A stretch of DNA of 54,740 nucleotides, filler included, from Basidioascus undulatus (taxonomy: Eukaryota), in NCBI GenBank assembly GCA_000826855.1. It is 5 parts of 5 records of this genome, joined end to end, with 100 filler letters (N's around TTAATTAATTAA, not from the genome) between each part and the next. Parts side by side here need not be neighbours in the genome. Positions count along the whole stretch, not along the records: positions 43,891 to 54,740 come from JTLS01001076.1; 4 more parts are not named here. One strand, written 5' to 3'. Positions 49,041 through 54,740 of this stretch are shown here, in pieces. Within the stretch, counting starts at the first letter, position 1. The number at the start of each line of letters is the position of its first letter. The position numbers and the translations under genes were made by a program. Below the pieces are notes generated by a model, which did not search any database, was not told the DNA's origin, and saw only the letters and a list, made by a program, of their open reading frames with translations.

Positions 49041-49983
49041 GACGGCGGTAAAGCGGCAGGATGGTATTCTCAGTCCCTAAGCGAGCGTCGCTAGCGAAAC
49101 GAGCGGAAAACGGAGAGTGAGGAGGCGATGGCCAAGAGGAACGATGTGCAGAGCAAGTCAAGGGAAGACGCTCGGGACTGAGACACGCCCTCGCGCGACC
49201 GAGGCACTCGCCCGAAGACCCGAAACGCAGGTTTCTTCCTCGACTGCATTCTCCCTCGCAAACAAACTGCTGACCCTTTTCCAGTTGTGATGGCCAGAGA
49301 TATAGAGAGTGTGTTGATCAGGTAAGAAAACGTGGTCACAGGCCAAATCCGGTGTCCCAGCATGCACTGGTCGGGCGGCGGCTGTCGGCGGTTGAAGTGC
49401 AATGGGGCGGTCTGACATCTTGAACCCTACGCCTGCAACGGTTTTTCCAAATTTTACGTGAAAGTCGCCCGTTTGTTTTCCTTCTAAGTTGTGGAAGTGT
49501 TCATTATGCTGAAAGGGCGAGCTGGCGCGGGGCAGTCCCGTTCCATCAAGAGGCTTTTCCTGCGGAATCGGCTTCATCGACACTTGCGCCAGGGACAATT
49601 TCTCGAAGTTGCAGACCCTGTTATTCTCCGATATATCCCAGCATAAATGATGCGGCACGATGCAACTGAAGAACAGCGTCGGCTATCGCAGGCGGCAGCG
49701 AGGCAGTCCTCCTCGATTGAAGTGTCCAGGCGGTGCCGACGCCCTGCCGCGACAAGACAGCAGAATATCTATCAGTACCTTTCATATAAATCAAATATCC
49801 GGAATATAGCTGCTTATACCCATTCTCCACACCTGAATGTATGACCAGTGCTCGTGAATCTTGTTCTTCCCCGTGCATCCAACCCTCTGGCAACTCAATC
49901 TCATCCGCTCCTTCGGATCCCAGCCACTTCCTTTCCCCTTTACACCTTCTCCCAATTCTTTGAACCCCATACTTGCTTTCCCC

Positions 49984-52071
49984 ATGCTGGACGGCTCACC
50001 CAGCGACTCAGAAGCAAGCGACGTCGCGCCGCTCCTCCCCCCGCACGCAACGGCTGCGCGCGCGTCGGAGGAGGCCTTTCGTCTGGGACGGCGGCGAATC
50101 CCGAAAAAGCCGCTGGTGGTGGCCTTTGGGCGTACTCCGGGCGCTCCGCTGGCAGGAAGGCAAGAAGCTTATGGAGGTGGAAGAACAGGTCGCGCTGAGC
50201 ATGATGACCCTCGGGCTGAACGACTCCGCTACGGGCGCGAATCTGCCGGCGATGCAGGAAGACTATGGGGTAGGCTATGACAGAATTTCGCTCATATTTC
50301 TGGCATTCATGGGCGGGTGAGCCACTCCTGAATACACCCACTTAGTCCGGTACTTACGGCGCATGCAGGTACATCGTCTCTTGTATATCTACCTCCTTCA
50401 TCTTGCACCACTTCAGCCTGCGATGGGCTCTGATGGTGAGCTCTCTTTAAGCCCACAACCCCATGTCACCAAGATCCACAACGAGCTCAGTTTCTGCAAG
50501 ACGCAGTTCGCATGCGCCCTGTACGCCGCCGGCTGCCTGACGATGGTCGCCAGGCCACCATTCGGAGGCCTCGTCGCTGCGCTGGGGCTGCTCGGTCTGG
50601 GTGGAGGACTGCTAGACGTCTGCGTGATTACCACACTTGCTCATGTGGGCTGTTTCCACCTGATTTGGGATGTGTTGCTCGGTGTTGACCTGAGGGGTCC
50701 GCGGGTCACACACAGTATGAAGACGGCAAGCTGTTCTTGGTTGTGTATACCCTTTTCTCAGTCAGTATGCAGCCACGGGGATGCGACATCATTCATTGAC
50801 ACGACATTTATCAGATTGGATCTGTGGGCCGCTCTCTAGAATTCGTGGGCGTAAAACTGTCTGATCCCTCTTCAGCTCATAGCGCCCTTCGTAATTGGAC
50901 TTTACGTGCGAAACGGCATTCCCTGGCATGTGAGTGATCAGTCTCTAAAGCTCCCTTAATGCCCAAACTTAATACAACGACCCAGGTTTACTACTGGCTG
51001 CCATTGTGAGACGCATCCTGTTCGACGCCGGGCTTTCTTGACTTGACTGCCTGGCCGTCGAACCAGAGCTATCACCCTCCTTCTCGCCTTATCCGGCTTC
51101 CTCCTCTTCGCAAACCACGTCCAGAAACTCGACGATGTGCACTCTCATCGGACGGCATTCGGACGACTGAAACAGGTCTTTCGCGTTCCCGTCGCACTGT
51201 GTGCCACGCTTTCTGCTCCAACCCATTCAAGTCGAGCAATTGACAAGCCAAGCGCACCAGACTCGGCTTCTTCATGGCCGCCACGTCGTACTCCATGCTA
51301 TATATCTTAGTCAATTGGCTCCCCACTTATCTCCTCCGAGTAAAACACGCGCCCGACGGCATTGCGCAGTTTGAGCTGTCTGGGTTCTGGACAGGTGAGC
51401 TGCACCTTGAGTCGCTTCTGTCTGGGTTTCTGGCTGACGCATATGGGCGTGAGGAATGGCTTCCGGAAGATTGCTCGTAGCATATCCCACCCACCGCATG
51501 GGCAACCGCCTACCCTACTTCTGCTTGCTCTGCATGGTCGCACTGCTGTACGGCGTGCTCTGGCTCTCCTGCACCGTCTCGCAGCACGCTCCGACCATAT
51601 TCTTTGTGGGGTTTTTCTATGGGTAAGGGGAATCTTTTTGTGTATCTCAACCATGTCCGCTTAGGGCATAGATCCCACACAGTCCCATAACGCCCACCGT
51701 TATCTCGCTCGCCTCCATCCGCGTGCCACCGAGCCTCAAGAGCGCAGTCGTCTCTCTCACGACAGGTCTTTTATGATCTCTTTATCCTAAACAAGGCCTG
51801 GTTTGGCACAAGATTCTTGACACCTCCGGTCTTGCAGGTCTCGGTCTGATGGGTTCTGCCGCGGCTCCTCTCGTCTTCGGGCAAGTTGCGCACCTCTACG
51901 GCGTACGCATCCTCCCTCCGGTGCTCGTAAGTGGTACAGAACCTTTCCTTCTTCCTGTATAGTGCACGAATTGACTACGAGAGGTTGTGTTGTTGCCCAT
52001 GAAAGATGGTCCTCGCTTTGTTATGTGCTTCGGCATTTCTTCTTGTACCACCGCAGCGCGCCGAAACCTGA
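49984..52071 (+). CDS. MFS transporter (Bsc6/fucose-permease-like), many small exons
   Basis: LGLNDSATGANLPAMQEDYGVGYDRISLIF, PPFGGLVAALGLLGLGGGLLD, NWLPTYLLRVK, LSGFWTG, multiple hydrophobic segments. Exon boundaries partly uncertain. Confidence 0.85.
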
Positions 52072-52271
52072 ATTTGCGATGATCATCATCAAGTAATCTG
52101 GACATTTCTCAAGTAAAATCCAGTACTGCATGTTATGCAGCTAGCCGATCTCCTAGGCAGTGCTTCCCCTGTCTATCTGTCCAGCAAACCGCGTGCCACT
52201 GCGCACCCAAGAGCAAGTACAGTGGAGCTGTCCGTCTATTCCTCTCAAAATCAAATCAGAAGCTACATCCT

Positions 52272-54740
52272 TCAGAACTTGGTGATATCACGTCCAAAGA
52301 TCCAGTTGAGGAACCTTTTCCGAGCATCCCCGATTCAGTCAGCCTTCCGGCCCGGTTCTTCAGACAAACAGCATGACGCACCAGAAGTAGGGGATCGTCA
52401 GCTTGTTCCGGATTGAGAGAGTCATAGTCCAGTCTGATCGGGGCGAGAAAGAAGTGAGCGATGGGATGAAGAGAAGGGGAGCGGGGGAGAAGGTGGACGG
52501 ACAGGCACTGCGCCACAAGAGCCAGGCGAAGCGTCTGGCCGCGAACTCGCAATATCAGTATCCATCCGCCCTTACCACCTTGTCATTCGAGAATGAAACG
52601 ACGCACCCCGCTTCCCCGCCCTTGGGCCCACTGACGTCCTGCTGCGTGCGGTCGACCAGCGCTGTTCGCCCCCCGCCCGCCCCCGGTCTGAGCCCGTCCA
52701 TTCTCATTAACCCTCGCAGTAACAAAGACAGCCAACCTTGCCACCCGCCGATGTAGCTCATGCTCCCCTTGTTGCGGAACTTGAACTCGCCGACCTCCTG
52801 CTCCGGCACGCCCTGCGCCTGCTTGTTGAGCACCTCGCTGAGGTAGATCGCCTTCTGCGCCGCAACTGTCCATCTCTGTCATCAGTTACCACCTTCCCAC
52901 TTCCCACTTCAGATCACGAAGGAAGGAGGACCAAGAAGAAACGGACCCTGCGCAGTAGCCGGCAACAACGGCGAGTCCCTGATCGTCGCGCAGTCGCCCG
53001 CGGCGTACACGCCCAGGATCGGGCGGCCGTCCTTGTCGAGCAGGCGCAGGTGGTTGTCCGTCTGGACGCTGCCGGTCTTGGGGTGCTTGTCCACGTCGAG
53101 CGCTTGCACGAGCGGGTTCGGGGCAAGGCCGGTGGACCTGTGCATGTCTCAGTTGGCTGCGATGTTCGAAGTGAGGGGGTGGAGAGGAGAGGCATACCAG
53201 ACTAGCAGACCGAATGGAACTGTGTGCATGGATGCGTCAGTAGGACACACTCTCCCAGATGAAAGCTTCGGAGACTGACCAGTCCCCTCCTCCTTCACCT
53301 TCAGCCACCCGTCGCCGACCTCCAAAACATGCCGGTTGCCCTTAACGACCACGCCGTCTCTTGCGAACTGCACATGCGCCCACGCACCACCACCCACATC
53401 AGCACCGAGTATCTCACAATTCAAATGCTCGCACCTTCTCCTCCGCATACGCGCGCAAGCCTTCGTCGAACGACCCCAAGATTCCGGGTGCGACGTCGTA
53501 GATCGTGATCCTGCACTCCAACCCAAAGCAAGTGCGCTGAGCAAGTCAAGTTACCTCTTGAAAAATATGGATACGGCAGGACGCACATCGCATGCGGCAC
53601 CAGGCTCGGGTAGTACCGCTTGAAGTCGCTAGTGAGGAGGTCGTGCAGCTCCGCGGCGAACTCGACTCCCGTAGGGCCTGTGCAGCGCCGCACTCAGCCA
53701 AGAAGCTATATAAGGGAAGGGGAAAGGACGCACCCCCGCCAACGATCACGAAGCTGAGGAGCTTCCGGCGCTGCTCGAACGTCAGCGATGGTTGCGCGGC
53801 GAGCTCGAACACCTCGACGATGCGCCCGCGAATGGCGCGCGAGTCGCCAGCGGTCTTCAAGAAGTTCGCGTACTCTTTGACCTGTCCTCCCCACACCCCC
53901 ATTCAAGCCCCAAAATCAGCTTCAAGTCGTATCAGCTCTCCTTCCGCCCGGAAGAACCGAAACGCACCCCCGGCGTCCCGAACGTTTGACTATAGCTTCC
54001 CACCGCAACAACAAGCTTATCGTACTCCAGATCGAATGCGGGAGCGCGCACGCTCGGCGGCTCCTCCTTCGGGTGCGTCGGCGGGTCCTCGTACGCGGGC
54101 GCGGGGTCGCCGCTCGCGGACGCCGGGGCAGGCGCAACCTCCTTCTCGTCGCCCTCCAGCTTCTCCGGGATCGGGATCTTACGGAACGGGTCAGGCTTGT
54201 ATGGGACTGCGGGCGTGACACGGAGTGTGCGCGAGGAGAAGTCGATCGCGTCTACCCAGGCCTGGGAGGGGAGAGGGCAGGGTGAGGAGGAGGGAGGGGA
54301 GAAGAGAGGAGAAAACGCACTTGGAGGTACGTCGTTTTTTGGGAGCGCACGGGCTCGAGGGCGCAGCGGAATTCGAGCGTGCCTACCGCCTGTTTAAAGG
54401 GCGCGCAGTCAGTTGGAAGGCGCGTTGAGGGAGGCTGGTGGGTAAGGGCGCACCGTGCTCGCCAGCAAGGGCGTAAAAGCGAAGTACGTGCTCGGGCTAA
54501 TAACCGTTACTGTCTCCCCCGCCGACACCACATCATCAGCCTTCTCCTTCCCTTCCCTCCCTCCTCTCTCTTCGCACCGCACAACCCACACGCACCATCA
54601 TACCGCCTCTTATCGACCTGTCCCCCGCTACCTCTCTCTCAGCTCCTGCCCCGCCTTCCCTACACCCCCGAACAAAACGCACCTTCCGCAACAAACTGTA
54701 CCCCGCCCACCCGCTCCCCAGGATGACCAGCCGCTCCTTC
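52272..54740 (-). CDS. Type II (alternative) NADH dehydrogenase, Nde1/Ndi1 family; 5' end truncated
   Basis: RLVILGSGWAGY, SPSTYFAFTPLLAS, GTLEFR, YDKLVVAVG, FVIVGGGPTGVEFAAELHD, VYAAGDCA, LPATAQVAAQKA, AWLLWRSA, NWIFGRDITKF*. Confidence 0.96.

Noticed and set aside
1..54740. tRNA, rRNA, CRISPR arrays, prokaryotic operons or defence systems
   Set aside because: None seen; the sequence is eukaryotic with spliceosomal introns throughout.

Overview
Eukaryotic, intron-dense fungal DNA. Short GT-AG introns with GTGCGT/GTGAGT donors and CTGAC/CTAAC branch points, plus the gene content, point to Basidiomycota; Pucciniomycotina is a guess. The window is not one locus. It is five separate contigs (10880, 10872, 10870, 10868 and 10850 bp, sorted by size) joined by 100-bp N44-TTAATTAATTAA-N44 linkers. 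Recognisable genes: DHA1-type MFS transporter, CAP/Srv2 (3' end), secreted EEP-family nuclease, UPF1 (partial), GH17 glucanase, PPIL4 cyclophilin-RRM, NDUFA8, HSL-family alpha/beta hydrolase, TAF5 (partial), deoxyribose-phosphate aldolase, adenylosuccinate synthetase, a second MFS and a type II NADH dehydrogenase (partial). The ORF track misses several things that appear on manual splicing. (1) Two nearby secreted proteins with candidate Kex2 sites share a 19-aa motif present three times, and one carries a Tyr-rich (KPEY)n array. (2) A head-to-head pair of micro-exon genes encodes related small mitochondrial proteins. (3) A ~170-nt rod-like hairpin fills an oversized NDUFA8 intron. (4) Four F-box(-LRR) genes are all disabled. 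All gene models and family calls were made by eye without database searches.
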